DNA of 57,551 nucleotides from positions 1 through 57,551 of the IMG/VR virus record IMGVR_UViG_3300009158_000060, one strand, 5' to 3'. This DNA comes from a virus (lineage: Duplodnaviria > Caudoviricetes). The notes beneath the pieces were generated by a model. That model searched no databases. It was given only the letters and a program-made list of their open reading frames with translations, and was not told the origin of the DNA. This document shows positions 20,565 to 30,182 of the stretch, one piece after another. The stretch's first letter is position 1. Every line of letters begins with the position of its first letter. A program made the position numbers and the translations under genes.

Positions 20565-20872
20565 GTTTTAATCTTCAACACGTTAGATGCTGTTGTGTCG
20601 TAGTAAATATCGCCAACCCGCAAATTGGCTGTATCAGCTTGCGTTGGCAAGCTAAGTATAAACGTATTCGGCACTGTTGGGCTGGGCCGGACAAAGCTTA
20701 AAGCAGCAACAATATCTGCTCCGTTAATTTCTGTAGCCGCCGCAATCGGGCCAACGTTGTCTAGTTGGTTGAAATATAGCCGCAAGCTTGCAAGCAGCTT
20801 GTCCATATACTGGCGGTCGTACTCATCCGGCGGTAACGGTAGGTTGGGTGCGCGAACATTTTTTGCTGACAT
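20561..20872 (-). CDS. virion structural protein
   Basis: PNLPLPPDEYD..LRLYFNQLD; C-terminal GDIYYDT; coupled to neighbours. Confidence 0.55.
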   Translation of the reverse strand: MSAKNVRAPNLPLPPDEYDRQYMDKLLASLRLYFNQLDNVGPIAAATEINGADIVAALSFVRPSPTVPNTFILSLPTQADTANLRVGDIYYDTTASNVLKIKT

Positions 20873-20874
20873 AT

Positions 20875-23466
20875 TTATCTCCTGCCGTCAGGTCGGATGT
20901 CGATACGAGGCGCACCAAGCTGCCATGTCGTACCAATCTGATTAGATGAAATCTTCAAAGACATCTGGCGACCGCGCACTCGCGTGTAAACCTGTCCAGT
21001 GAACTGATCTACGGTGTATGTACCGATGCGGTCTACGTTGGCGTAGCTGACCCCGCCAACCGATTGGTTGGCTGACTCCACCGGGTCGTTGTACCCAGAA
21101 CCCGAATTCTGAAGCGGCAGTAAGTACATGGTGACCTGCGGAGTCAGTCCTGTAGTAGACGACCCCCGGAAGGTAAGGTCAGGCACGATGCGCCAGACAA
21201 ACCCAAAATTGTGTCCGTCTCCAATGTCATACTGCGATGAGGTGATGTACGCCTCTATGGCTTGAGTTGTGTCGGTGGTATTGTCGTCAATTCCATACTC
21301 ATGGAACACCAAGTTGTAGCTGTACGTTGCCGCCAGCGGGTAATTGGTCAAGCCAGAATCCAGCCAAGCTGTGCGGCCCATTGAGCCGTAGTACCAGACA
21401 TCTTCAGCATAGTTATACACAACGTAGCGGTCGATGACCGTAGAGCCTGATGTGCAGTAAAACCACCAGACTTCGTTAAAACCTTCATTCGTACCAGCAA
21501 AGAACTGAGATTGCTGGTCAAGGTTAATGTCGCCGTAGATAAATTGACGCAGGTCGCAACGGAGGGTGGCAACCCGACCATCGTACTTATAGAACTTGTC
21601 TACACCCATCCAGTACACCACACCAGATGCAATGATGGCTGTGTTATATCCGGCTATGGATGTGTTGTCGCCCAGAAGTTGTGTGCCCCACACATAGGGT
21701 GGGCCAAGGTACTGCATAGAGTAGATAGATGTGTCAGTGAACACAACAATCTCTTGCCGCGCCTGCACTGCTGTCAAGATTTGAGAGCCGTGTGATAGAC
21801 GCACAAACCCCGCCTGATTGGTTACCGCAGGAGTCCAGTTGACTACAGACTCTTGGTCAGACCAGCGGATCAGCATAGGGTCTAAGTCGCCGCCACCGTA
21901 AGGCGTGCAGCCAAATGCAATCGTGAACCGGCTGGTATCTGACACCATCATGTAGTTCACATAAGCAGGGACATTAGATGCCCCTGAAAGCTCGGTTACC
22001 GCAATGCCGTGAGGATAAATTGTGTGCGTGCCGGTCTGTGTTCCGGTCAGAACAATCAAGTCACCGCCTGATGTGGCTGAGATATTGAATGTACTACCAG
22101 AGAAGTTGTTGACGTAGTACGTTGTGCCAAGCGTCATGCCTGTGGGTAAAGTGCCTGTGCTGACAATTTGGATAGCCGTATTGTTGTTCAGCGTACCAAG
22201 CGCAGTGAACGTGGCGGGGGTAAAAATTGAGATCGTGCCTGTGCCTGCGCCTGTTATGTTGATTGCAGCACCGCCCACAGTCGTGGCAAGCTGCGCCGTA
22301 GCTGCTACGGGGTTCACAATGTAGTACACCGTATTTGCAGTCAGACCGCCCGGAACCGTACCGGTAGATGTGAGCTTGACGGGCGTGCCGGTAGCAATTG
22401 CTGTTGAGAACGTGATGTACTCGGTAATCGTATTGACTGCGGATACTGTTTGTGAGTTCAGCGTGATTGTGACGCCAAGCCCAGTTGTCCCAATATAGCC
22501 TGTCCAATAATACAGGGGGCCACCACGGTAACCAAAAACTAAGTCCTGACCAAAGTTGTTTTGATACCAAAGACGAGCCGCAGCAGTACCAGACTGCCCT
22601 GTGCCCCATGATCCTGAACCCCATGAGCCAGCGCCCCACCCAGTAATTGGCTGCGCATCGTCTGCGCCCACATGGATTTCATAATTGGCGTTGACTGTGC
22701 CACCAGCACCTGTGTCATAAGTTCCCGCCACAACAGGCGTGGTGATGGTGAATGAATCAGCATCAATGACAGTGACGGCAAAGCTGCTGTTCAGTACATC
22801 GGCTGTTAAGTTAGTGTTTACATACAGAGAGAATGTGCCTGTACCTGCTGTAGTTGTACTGACTGCCGCACCGCTTGGTACGTTGGCAAACTGGATTGTT
22901 GTGCCGGACACCACTTGTATATAGTACTGATACCCCGTAATCAACCCGGTTGGCAATGCGCCTCCCGCAGATACTGTGAGAATTACCGGCGTGTTGGCAG
23001 CAAGCGCAATGGACAGTACAAAGTTGGTGGCGGTCGAGCGTGTAAACGTCTGCGTACTGAGAGCTACCGCGCCCATGAAGTTGACGTAATCTCCTGTGGT
23101 TGCGCCATGCGCAACATTTGTCACAGTCACTACGGCAGAGCCAGCAGTAGCGGCAAACGGGCCGCTCAAGCCGTTTGCATAAGAGCGGATAGGCGTGATG
23201 TCGTTGTACTGACCGCCCTGCTCAATATAAAACTTCAGGTATGTACCAACCCCAACATAAACAATACCGCCCAGCGATGCCCATGACCACAATGATCGGC
23301 AAGTGCCTACGTATGTGTATGCAGAAATCCTGTCCCAGCCACCGATCTTCTCAGGCGTACCTTGGCGAAAGCGAATCTTGTCGCAGTCATACCAGCCACC
23401 TTCGTTGGTGTATCGGGTGTTCTCTTTGTTTACACCGGGCTTGAGCTGTATCTTCTGTAATGGCAT
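20875..23466 (-). CDS. tail/packaged-DNA stabilisation protein (P22 gp10-like beta-propeller) with inserted beta repeats
   Basis: PEKIGGW, IRWSDQE, NEVWWFY, RGRQMSLK motifs; three LPxGL..GTxYY inserted repeats. Confidence 0.7.
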   Translation of the reverse strand: MPLQKIQLKPGVNKENTRYTNEGGWYDCDKIRFRQGTPEKIGGWDRISAYTYVGTCRSLWSWASLGGIVYVGVGTYLKFYIEQGGQYNDITPIRSYANGLSGPFAATAGSAVVTVTNVAHGATTGDYVNFMGAVALSTQTFTRSTATNFVLSIALAANTPVILTVSAGGALPTGLITGYQYYIQVVSGTTIQFANVPSGAAVSTTTAGTGTFSLYVNTNLTADVLNSSFAVTVIDADSFTITTPVVAGTYDTGAGGTVNANYEIHVGADDAQPITGWGAGSWGSGSWGTGQSGTAAARLWYQNNFGQDLVFGYRGGPLYYWTGYIGTTGLGVTITLNSQTVSAVNTITEYITFSTAIATGTPVKLTSTGTVPGGLTANTVYYIVNPVAATAQLATTVGGAAINITGAGTGTISIFTPATFTALGTLNNNTAIQIVSTGTLPTGMTLGTTYYVNNFSGSTFNISATSGGDLIVLTGTQTGTHTIYPHGIAVTELSGASNVPAYVNYMMVSDTSRFTIAFGCTPYGGGDLDPMLIRWSDQESVVNWTPAVTNQAGFVRLSHGSQILTAVQARQEIVVFTDTSIYSMQYLGPPYVWGTQLLGDNTSIAGYNTAIIASGVVYWMGVDKFYKYDGRVATLRCDLRQFIYGDINLDQQSQFFAGTNEGFNEVWWFYCTSGSTVIDRYVVYNYAEDVWYYGSMGRTAWLDSGLTNYPLAATYSYNLVFHEYGIDDNTTDTTQAIEAYITSSQYDIGDGHNFGFVWRIVPDLTFRGSSTTGLTPQVTMYLLPLQNSGSGYNDPVESANQSVGGVSYANVDRIGTYTVDQFTGQVYTRVRGRQMSLKISSNQIGTTWQLGAPRIDIRPDGRR

Positions 23467-23468
23467 TT

Positions 23469-23810
23469 TTAACCCACGTTGCGCTCAAAGTGAGGGCAGT
23501 CTACAAGGTTGGAGAAATTCCCGCCCCAACGGTTTTTGGGGTGAAGTGACTCCCAGTATGCGCCCAACGGAGCAATGGTCGCCTTGTCCCAGATTATCTT
23601 CCCATCCTTGAAGAAGTTCAAGTCTCCGGCGCACCGCTTAAGGTGGATGGACTTCATGGTCTTTGAGCGGCCTGTCTTGAAGTAAATGGCCTGCTGCTCA
23701 GGTGTACGGGCAAGCTCACCAGCAGTCACAACAAAACCCTGCTCTGTTGCGTAGGTGACGAGTTTGCAGAAGTCCAGCAAGAATGCGGCTTGTTCGGTGC
23801 TTAAGCTCAT
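23469..23810 (-). CDS. endolysin, M15-family (L-Ala-D-Glu-type) peptidase
   Basis: RTPEQQ, SIHLKRCAGD (SxH..D), RWGGNF..VDCPHFE. Confidence 0.85.
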   Translation of the reverse strand: MSLSTEQAAFLLDFCKLVTYATEQGFVVTAGELARTPEQQAIYFKTGRSKTMKSIHLKRCAGDLNFFKDGKIIWDKATIAPLGAYWESLHPKNRWGGNFSNLVDCPHFERNVG

Positions 23811-24028
23811 TTTTCTTCCTCATCATGGGACAGTTTCACGCCAGCCAACAACCCAATAAACCCGCCCACAATGGTTTGAAATGCCGGGCTAATCAGTTTG
23901 AAGATTTCAGCGTTGTCCACTTTTTCGTCAAACAAGCCCATCATTAAAACGCCAACCATGCTGATGATGACAACGCACAAAGTGAAGCTGACCATCAGCG
24001 TTACAAAAAAAGTTAGTTTTGCCTTCAT
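23807..24028 (-). CDS. small membrane protein (holin/antiholin candidate)
   Basis: two hydrophobic segments, adjacent to the endolysin. Confidence 0.55.
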   Translation of the reverse strand: MKAKLTFFVTLMVSFTLCVVIISMVGVLMMGLFDEKVDNAEIFKLISPAFQTIVGGFIGLLAGVKLSHDEEEK

Positions 24029-24537
24029 TTTTTGCCTTTCAGTTCAGCCAGCTTTTCAATGGTTCTGCCACCGAAGTATGCGCCCATTATCAACATTCCC
24101 CACTGTCCAAGCAAGGAAACGTAAGACTCATTGGCGTTTAAACCAAAGGCCGACATCATGGCAAACAGGAAGTACCCGCAGAATATAGCAATCAGGGACA
24201 TGGGGCGGATGTTCTTGGACAGCCAAGAGTCTGATGCCATGTCGGCTTGCCAGCGATCCGTAACATTGTCGGCATCGCTTTGCGCAGCCTTGGCAAACAT
24301 CTCCATCTCAGCCAACTCCATCTTGGCCTTTTCAATGCCAAGCTCAAGGAGCTTCTCCTCATGGGCAAACTGCAACTCACGCAGCTTGGAAACATCTTCT
24401 GAGGTTGGATTGTCAGGAATCTTCACGCCCAGCGTGTTCTCAACGACTTCTTTGCCTTTGGCTTGGATGGCAGACGACAGTAAACCCAGCCCGTTTTCGG
24501 CAAGTGTGCCAAGAAGTGATGCAATTAAAGGCAACAT
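24025..24537 (-). CDS. holin (GTA 3TM-holin-like)
   Basis: SDSWLSKNIRP and AYFGGRTIEK motifs with transmembrane segments. Confidence 0.7.
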   Translation of the reverse strand: MLPLIASLLGTLAENGLGLLSSAIQAKGKEVVENTLGVKIPDNPTSEDVSKLRELQFAHEEKLLELGIEKAKMELAEMEMFAKAAQSDADNVTDRWQADMASDSWLSKNIRPMSLIAIFCGYFLFAMMSAFGLNANESYVSLLGQWGMLIMGAYFGGRTIEKLAELKGKK

Positions 24538-24695
24538 TATTTTTCCCGTTCTTTCTGTTCAAGCTCACGCCTGAGTTTCTCTACTTTTTCTACCTGCGCC
24601 TTGACCTCATGCTTGGCCTCAAGAATGTCCATGAACAACATTGCGTTCAACGGGAGCATCAGGCCAACCAAAATCAAGGCAGCGATCCAGCCCAT
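24537..24695 (-). CDS. small N-terminally anchored coiled-coil membrane protein
   Basis: ATG overlaps the upstream TAA (TAATG); MGWIAALILVGLML transmembrane segment then coiled coil; an upstream start at 24818 is possible. Confidence 0.5.
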   Translation of the reverse strand: MGWIAALILVGLMLPLNAMLFMDILEAKHEVKAQVEKVEKLRRELEQKEREK

Positions 24696-25375
24696 TATGT
24701 CTTCCCCCACCGATTCAGCAGCAGGAGCCACGCCCAGAGATACAGGAGGAATATAGTAGTCGCTACTAGGTACGCTGACTTTGCTTGGAAGCTTCTTTGC
24801 TTTTCCCGCCGTTGCCATAGCTTGTACCTCTGCTGCGCTTCCTGTTTCAGCCTTGCCTGTTCCTGCTCCTCTTGAATGATCTCCCGCATCTCAAACACTT
24901 TGCTGTACAACGCACCCATCTCGGGCGGGGATTGGTACACCATCGTTTCCCTGACAGTCACTATCAGTTCCGCCATCTGCTGCTGTGCCATCACTCGCTG
25001 CAATGCAGCTTCCATCAAGTTGGCATCAGGGTCGTAGACGTTTCTGGACTTCTCTTCTTCCTCTCGGATGTGCGTTGCTAACTGCTCTTCAAGCCTGAAC
25101 AGCTTGGTAAGCTGGCTGACAATGTCAGCCATGACTTGGGTTTCGTCAATGGCAACGAACTTCTCCGTCTTTTTCGCCACAGGCTTGGACGGCTCGGGGT
25201 TTGTTCCGAACAGCTTTTGCCAAAAACTCCGAACCTGCTTTGCATCAGAAACAATTTCATCAACAGTCTTCTTGACCTCCATGAAAGACGTTTTAGCGTC
25301 TTTGTACAGCTTGCATCCCTGCTTGATAGCAGCGACACAGGCATTGGCGGCAAGAAGAAGGCTGAGCGGATCAAT
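24695..25375 (-). CDS. lysis-cassette coiled-coil protein with C-terminal TM; probable ATT start
   Basis: frame stays open 31 codons upstream of ATG 25282 to ATT-GAT-CCG (IDPLSLLLAANACV). Confidence 0.6.
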   Translation of the reverse strand: MDPLSLLLAANACVAAIKQGCKLYKDAKTSFMEVKKTVDEIVSDAKQVRSFWQKLFGTNPEPSKPVAKKTEKFVAIDETQVMADIVSQLTKLFRLEEQLATHIREEEEKSRNVYDPDANLMEAALQRVMAQQQMAELIVTVRETMVYQSPPEMGALYSKVFEMREIIQEEQEQARLKQEAQQRYKLWQRREKQRSFQAKSAYLVATTIFLLYLWAWLLLLNRWGKT

Positions 25376-25378
25376 TTT

Positions 25379-26020
25379 TTACTGGTACATTATGTTGATT
25401 GAACCAGCGTCAAAGGTGTCTGTGCCGTTTGATGTGGTGACTCGCAATCTATCAAGCGTGCCGCCAAGCGCGATGCCACCAGCACCTAAAGTTGCCACAG
25501 TACCGCTTTTAGAAAAATAACCGTTACCAACCCAAGTATTGCCGGTCACTCGACTAAATGACATAGAGCCATATCCAACATCTGTTCCTGTGTTGTAGTA
25601 CAAAACAAAACCAGATGTACTGCTTGTAAAGTTAACAGCAGTAGCAGACTGGAGTTGAGAGCCGCTTACATAGCCTGTTGTTGTTACGGAGCCAGCGCCA
25701 AGTTGTATTAAGACAAACGCAGTTCCACTGGTTGACACGCCACTGAACATCAGGGTTACGCGATTAACCCAAGAAGGTATGCCTGTGAAGTCGATGCTTG
25801 TTCCGCTAGTTGATGCAACCGCAGTAGCAGGTGTAATAACACTGGATGCCATCGTAGTCATAACGGCACTGGAAATGCTCGGCCCAGTGATTGTCGGACT
25901 GGTCAGCGTCTTGTTTGTCAGCGTCTGAGTGTCGGTCGTGCCAACGACTGTGCCAGCAGGGTTACCTGTTCCACCTGCCGGGAAAGTTACGCCGGATGAT
26001 CCGCTAATTGTGGCTGTCAT
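25379..26020 (-). CDS. tail fibre/receptor-binding subunit
   Basis: TQTLTNKTLTSPTI motif; S/T/G-rich; C-terminal domain paralogous to 26175-27014. Confidence 0.65.
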   Translation of the reverse strand: MTATISGSSGVTFPAGGTGNPAGTVVGTTDTQTLTNKTLTSPTITGPSISSAVMTTMASSVITPATAVASTSGTSIDFTGIPSWVNRVTLMFSGVSTSGTAFVLIQLGAGSVTTTGYVSGSQLQSATAVNFTSSTSGFVLYYNTGTDVGYGSMSFSRVTGNTWVGNGYFSKSGTVATLGAGGIALGGTLDRLRVTTSNGTDTFDAGSINIMYQ

Positions 26021-26169
26021 GTTTGAACTCCTTGTTCAGCAGGCGGCTGCGCCTGTTGTTCGGCTTGCTGTGCGGCTACCGCTGCATCGTATGTAGCTTG
26101 CTCTTCAGGCGTGTACTCAATGAATGTGGTTTCGCCTGTTTGTACGTTAACTTCAATTCTGTGTGTCAT
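26017..26169 (-). CDS. small fibre-associated protein (not in ORF track)
   Basis: MTHRIEVNVQTGETTFIEYTPEEQA, 50 aa, ATGA overlap with the next gene. Confidence 0.6.
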   Translation of the reverse strand: MTHRIEVNVQTGETTFIEYTPEEQATYDAAVAAQQAEQQAQPPAEQGVQT

Positions 26170-26174
26170 GATTT

Positions 26175-27014
26175 TTACTCGTAGATAATGTTGATTGTTC
26201 CGGCATCATAAGTATCAGTTCCATTCGATGTGGTAATACGCAGCCGATCAAGTGCGCCAGACAATGCCACATTTCCACCAGAAGTTCTGGTTCTTGCGCC
26301 TGTTGTTTCTTGCAAATTTCCTGTTGAAACCCAAGTGTTTCCAGTAATCAAATTAAACACAACTGTGCCACTTGAAAGTTCAGATGCCGCAGAAGCATTG
26401 GTTAATATAAACCCGCTTGTCGATGTGACTGTTTGAGGAGATCCACCGTTATAAATATTTGCTGCGCCACTTGCATAACCAGTAGAAGTTATTGAACCCG
26501 AACCTAGTTGAATCAAAAAACTTGATATACCACTTGCACTTACCCCGCTGAACATCACAGTAATGCGCTTCACCCATGACGGGATAGAAGTAAAGTCAAT
26601 ACTTGTTCCACTGGTAGATGCAACAGCAGTGCCGGAAGTGATGATGCTGCCGCCAGCAGGTGTTGCTGGCACGTTGGTTGGTACTGACTCGTATGGATAC
26701 CAAGTCGTGTTTGACAGTCGGTATATATAGCCACCAGCTTGTCGTGCAGGCAGAACCGTTGCCGCACTGACAATGCTCTGACCAGTGTTTGCATTCACAG
26801 TCAACGCGGTAATTGTCTGGGTTGAACTGAACGTGATGGTCATGCCGTCAGCAGGAGCCGCAGGCATTGTGATTGTGCCTGTTGCCAGCGTACCAGCAGG
26901 GTTCATCACCAGAACAGTTGTTCCTGCTGCGAATGTGTAAGAGAACCCAGTCGTTGAGACTTGGTAGTCGTACTGCTGGAGAAGTCCCGAAGTTCCATCT
27001 ATTTTTGCTGTCAT
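26175..27014 (-). CDS. tail fibre/receptor-binding subunit
   Basis: S/T/G-rich; shares STSGTSIDFT.IPSWV and LDRLR.TTSNGTDT with 25379-26020. Confidence 0.65.
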   Translation of the reverse strand: MTAKIDGTSGLLQQYDYQVSTTGFSYTFAAGTTVLVMNPAGTLATGTITMPAAPADGMTITFSSTQTITALTVNANTGQSIVSAATVLPARQAGGYIYRLSNTTWYPYESVPTNVPATPAGGSIITSGTAVASTSGTSIDFTSIPSWVKRITVMFSGVSASGISSFLIQLGSGSITSTGYASGAANIYNGGSPQTVTSTSGFILTNASAASELSSGTVVFNLITGNTWVSTGNLQETTGARTRTSGGNVALSGALDRLRITTSNGTDTYDAGTINIIYE

Positions 27015-27017
27015 GGT

Positions 27018-27305
27018 TTACACCTTTGGATATTTAGCTTTGACCGCCAAGCAGTCAGCTATGTACTTGTCGATCTGCGCTTGGTTACCTTTGACCACGC
27101 CATCAAGGTAGTCAGTCATTGGCGGATATTCAGCCGCACGCTTCTGCGCGTAGGTTAGTACAGCAAATAAAACCGCTTGTTGCTCTGCTCGTATGGCATC
27201 AGCTTCTGCATCTGTGATTAGCGTTTTGTTGCCAATCAAATCATCCTGCGAGCCATCAAGCTCATAAGCAAAAATGTTGTTGTTAGCGTCTTTAAACAGT
27301 TTCAT
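27018..27305 (-). CDS. tail fibre assembly chaperone-like protein
   Basis: YAQKRAAEYP...AVKAKYPK motif, directly after a fibre gene. Confidence 0.6.
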   Translation of the reverse strand: MKLFKDANNNIFAYELDGSQDDLIGNKTLITDAEADAIRAEQQAVLFAVLTYAQKRAAEYPPMTDYLDGVVKGNQAQIDKYIADCLAVKAKYPKV

Positions 27306-27314
27306 GATCTGTCC

Positions 27315-27785
27315 TTATCTCAATTCAAGCCAAAATACACCGCTATTTACGCTTGCAATTCTGTATGTGTCACCGTTTGGAACTATAAAAGTTACAGGGA
27401 CAAATGCCGCAAATGTTTGCGTAGTTAGCCCGCCGATAATTACGCTATTACTTGCAGAACTGCCTCCCATAATAAATACAGTAATTGGCCTGCCTGAACT
27501 ATTTGTGTACGTTGTTGCAGCGGCTCTACTTGCGCTTAAGTTTTGCCATGTTTGACCAACGCCTACAGGCTGTACCGCAGTTGCCAACTGCGTGGTAGTA
27601 ACACTTGCTGCTACTAACTGTGAGGCATCTATTGTTTTGTTTGTCAGCGTATCGGTTGTGGCCTTACCTACAAACGTATCTGTTGCTGCTGGCAGCGTCA
27701 GCGTAAAGTTGCTTGCTGTGTTGGGCGCAGCAATGGTCAGGACACCTGCCCCGCTTGCGTTTCCTGAAATGGCTACTGAACTCAT
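27315..27785 (-). CDS. tail fibre subunit
   Basis: TLTLP, TDTLTNKT, GVGQTWQ...YTNSSGRPI...WLELR fibre-tip pattern. Confidence 0.65.
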   Translation of the reverse strand: MSSVAISGNASGAGVLTIAAPNTASNFTLTLPAATDTFVGKATTDTLTNKTIDASQLVAASVTTTQLATAVQPVGVGQTWQNLSASRAAATTYTNSSGRPITVFIMGGSSASNSVIIGGLTTQTFAAFVPVTFIVPNGDTYRIASVNSGVFWLELR

Positions 27786-27795
27786 GTTTTATCCT

Positions 27796-28395
27796 TTAAA
27801 CAACTGTCCATACAGAACCACTTGGAACTGTAACTGTGACACCGGAATTTATCGAAACTGGCCCGAACGTACCGGCGTTCTTCCCCGTGGGGATGGTATA
27901 GCTTCCAGTGACTGTCAGGTCGTTCTGGAAGAATATCTGGTTTGCGCCTGTACCGGCTGCACCTCCACCGCCACCTGCAATCTTTACAAAATCATTAGCT
28001 GTGGAATCCCATGCAACCAAGGCTGAACCCAAAGCCTCAATCTCAACGCCGGTAGTGTACGAAGACGATGTGCCGCCACGGATATAAACAGAGCTTTGAT
28101 CCGTACAGTTATTGACCACAACGTACATCTTGCTCAACTGCGGGGCGTAGATGTATCTTGTTGTTCCGGGCGCACCGGTAGCAATTAGGATAGCCAAACG
28201 AGCTTGGTTGGATACACCACCTGCGGTGGTCGTCAGAGTCCAGTCTCCGCCTGCGACTGACTGGCTCGCAGAGCCAGCAATAGAATCTTCAATCAGTTGT
28301 GTCAGGGACGAGTTTACCGTTGTCCCCCACGTATTCGTGAGTTCCCCGGTTGTGGGCAGTACAAGCCCTAGCAGTGTTGTGTATGAGGATGCCAC
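27796..28395 (-). CDS. tail fibre adaptor/structural protein
   Basis: TGELTNTWGTTVN N-terminus; C-terminal VTVPSGSVWTVV. Confidence 0.6.
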   Translation of the reverse strand: MASSYTTLLGLVLPTTGELTNTWGTTVNSSLTQLIEDSIAGSASQSVAGGDWTLTTTAGGVSNQARLAILIATGAPGTTRYIYAPQLSKMYVVVNNCTDQSSVYIRGGTSSSYTTGVEIEALGSALVAWDSTANDFVKIAGGGGGAAGTGANQIFFQNDLTVTGSYTIPTGKNAGTFGPVSINSGVTVTVPSGSVWTVV

Positions 28396-28427
28396 GTTTA
28401 AACTCCTTTTTGCATTCTATTGGTTTA

Positions 28428-28886
28428 TCAGACAACAGTCCAGACGGAACCGGACGGAATGGTCACCGTGATGCCTGAAGCTACCGTGATTGGCCCTGCG
28501 CTGATGGCATTCCTGCCTGTGTTGATGGTTGAACTTACGTCAATCTGAGCATCATTCTCTGTGTAGCCTTCGCCGCCATACACTGACCGGCCTGCCGGGT
28601 AGGTGACAAACACATCTTTTGTACCGGCGCTGAACGAAACCAAGCTGCCTGAATTGCTGGAAGACAACACAGTTGTCCGGGCCAGTGTTGTACCTGCGGA
28701 GGTGTACGTACCAATACCAACCTCCCACTCGGCTGTACCCTGTCCGGCGATGGTGTAGTACGTGGTGTTGGCGTTGCCAACGACCGCAAATGATTGGAAG
28801 CCAGTAACGGCTCCGGCAAGCGTGACTGTGCCTGTACCAGTGGTGGTAGTAGTTTCCCTAACTCGGTCAGCTAAAACTAAGGCCAT
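28428..28886 (-). CDS. tail structural protein
   Basis: MALVLADRVRETTTTTGTG; same C-terminal PSGSVWTVV as the neighbouring gene. Confidence 0.6.
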   Translation of the reverse strand: MALVLADRVRETTTTTGTGTVTLAGAVTGFQSFAVVGNANTTYYTIAGQGTAEWEVGIGTYTSAGTTLARTTVLSSSNSGSLVSFSAGTKDVFVTYPAGRSVYGGEGYTENDAQIDVSSTINTGRNAISAGPITVASGITVTIPSGSVWTVV

Positions 28887-28895
28887 GTCTTACTC

Positions 28896-29984
28896 TCAGG
28901 TTGTCCCAATTTTTGTCCAAGTATTGGGGTTGCTGCTGTCAATCTCTGCCCAGCCTGCGGTTTCTGCGGTATCAACAGTTGTCCAGCTTGCGGTTTGCGC
29001 AGCGTTGATTGTCGCCCATGTTGTGCTTTCTGCGGTATCTATATTGCCCCAGCCTGCGGTCTGGCTGTCGTTGATAAGCTCCCACAAGAACCGGGCAAAG
29101 AACGAGTCTGACGCTGTGATTGTCTCTTGAATGGCGCACAGGAACACCTGTGCCACCACAACTTCATCAATGGCAGAGCCAAATTCCTCAATCAAAGCCT
29201 CAAAGGTAGCGGCTGCGTCGATGGCATCTGTAGCTGCGGACGACTCAGAAATGTTGGTAACCCACAGGTTTGAGGCCACATTGGTATCTGTAGCCGTGGA
29301 TGTCTCGCTGACATTTGCAAGGAAAGCAAACGAGCTTGATGTTGCATCTGTGGCGGTCGCCGTCTCGGCAATCGTGGACGCGAATGTCTGTTTGCCAGCG
29401 GTGGAGTCCGTGGCTGTAGCTGTCTCTGCCACGTTCGTAGCAAAGGTTTGTGCAGCGGCAAACGTGTTGGTTGCTGTCGATGTCTCTGTGACCGCAGTTG
29501 GGAATGTAGCTGCTGCTGAGATTGAGTCCGTTGCCGTGGCAGTCTCTGTCACAGGCGCATTGAATGTGCTGGCTGCTACTGCATCGGAGTCAGTGGCTGT
29601 TGCCGTTTCTGCAATCAATGACAGGTATGTCTGTACTGCTGAGAATGTGTTGGTCGCTGTAGCCGTCTCAGAGACTGTGGTGGCAAATGTCTGCGCAGCA
29701 GACAGGGAGTCCGTAGCTGTTGAAGTCTCAGTGACCGTAGTTACGAATGTCTGAGCCGCAGCAAATGTGTTGGTTGCCGTTGAAGACTCAGCAATAGCCG
29801 TTGGAAATGTCGCAGCCGAAGACACCACATCTGTGGCGGTGGATGTCTCTGATACGGCTGAAAGGAAAGTTAAAAGCGAAGAAACGCTATCCGTCGCTGT
29901 GGCTGTCTCTACTATGGATGCGTTGTAGGTAGAGCTTGCAAGCGACGAAAAGGGGGACTGCGAGAATGCGGATATGCCGAACAC
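28896..29984 (-). CDS. Thr/Ala-rich repeat virion protein
   Basis: about a dozen ~24-aa repeats containing ET[AS]TAT[DN]; C-terminal W-spaced repeats. Confidence 0.6.
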   Translation of the reverse strand: MFGISAFSQSPFSSLASSTYNASIVETATATDSVSSLLTFLSAVSETSTATDVVSSAATFPTAIAESSTATNTFAAAQTFVTTVTETSTATDSLSAAQTFATTVSETATATNTFSAVQTYLSLIAETATATDSDAVAASTFNAPVTETATATDSISAAATFPTAVTETSTATNTFAAAQTFATNVAETATATDSTAGKQTFASTIAETATATDATSSSFAFLANVSETSTATDTNVASNLWVTNISESSAATDAIDAAATFEALIEEFGSAIDEVVVAQVFLCAIQETITASDSFFARFLWELINDSQTAGWGNIDTAESTTWATINAAQTASWTTVDTAETAGWAEIDSSNPNTWTKIGTT

Positions 29985-30003
29985 TCGTCATGCCCCGCTC
30001 ATA

Positions 30004-30180
30004 TCAGGCTGCTGCCAGTTCGGCTTCAGCGAACCAACGCTGTTGCACATGGCTTTCAACATCCGTCCACTCAATCAAGTAGGACACATTGCCGTCTTCA
30101 TCCATGCGCATACCGATCACCGGGCCAAGAGGCACAACACCAATCAGTTTTACGGTATCGCCTTTTTTAAATGTTGCCAT
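30004..30180 (-). CDS. small SH3-like protein (not in ORF track)
   Basis: MATFKKGDTVKL...QRWFAEAEL, 58 aa, fills the gap in the operon. Confidence 0.6.
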   Translation of the reverse strand: MATFKKGDTVKLIGVVPLGPVIGMRMDEDGNVSYLIEWTDVESHVQQRWFAEAELAAA

Positions 30181-30182
30181 GA

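Noticed and set aside
25379-27014. Diversity-generating retroelement acting on fibre paralogues
   Set aside because: No reverse transcriptase, and the differences are not adenine-specific
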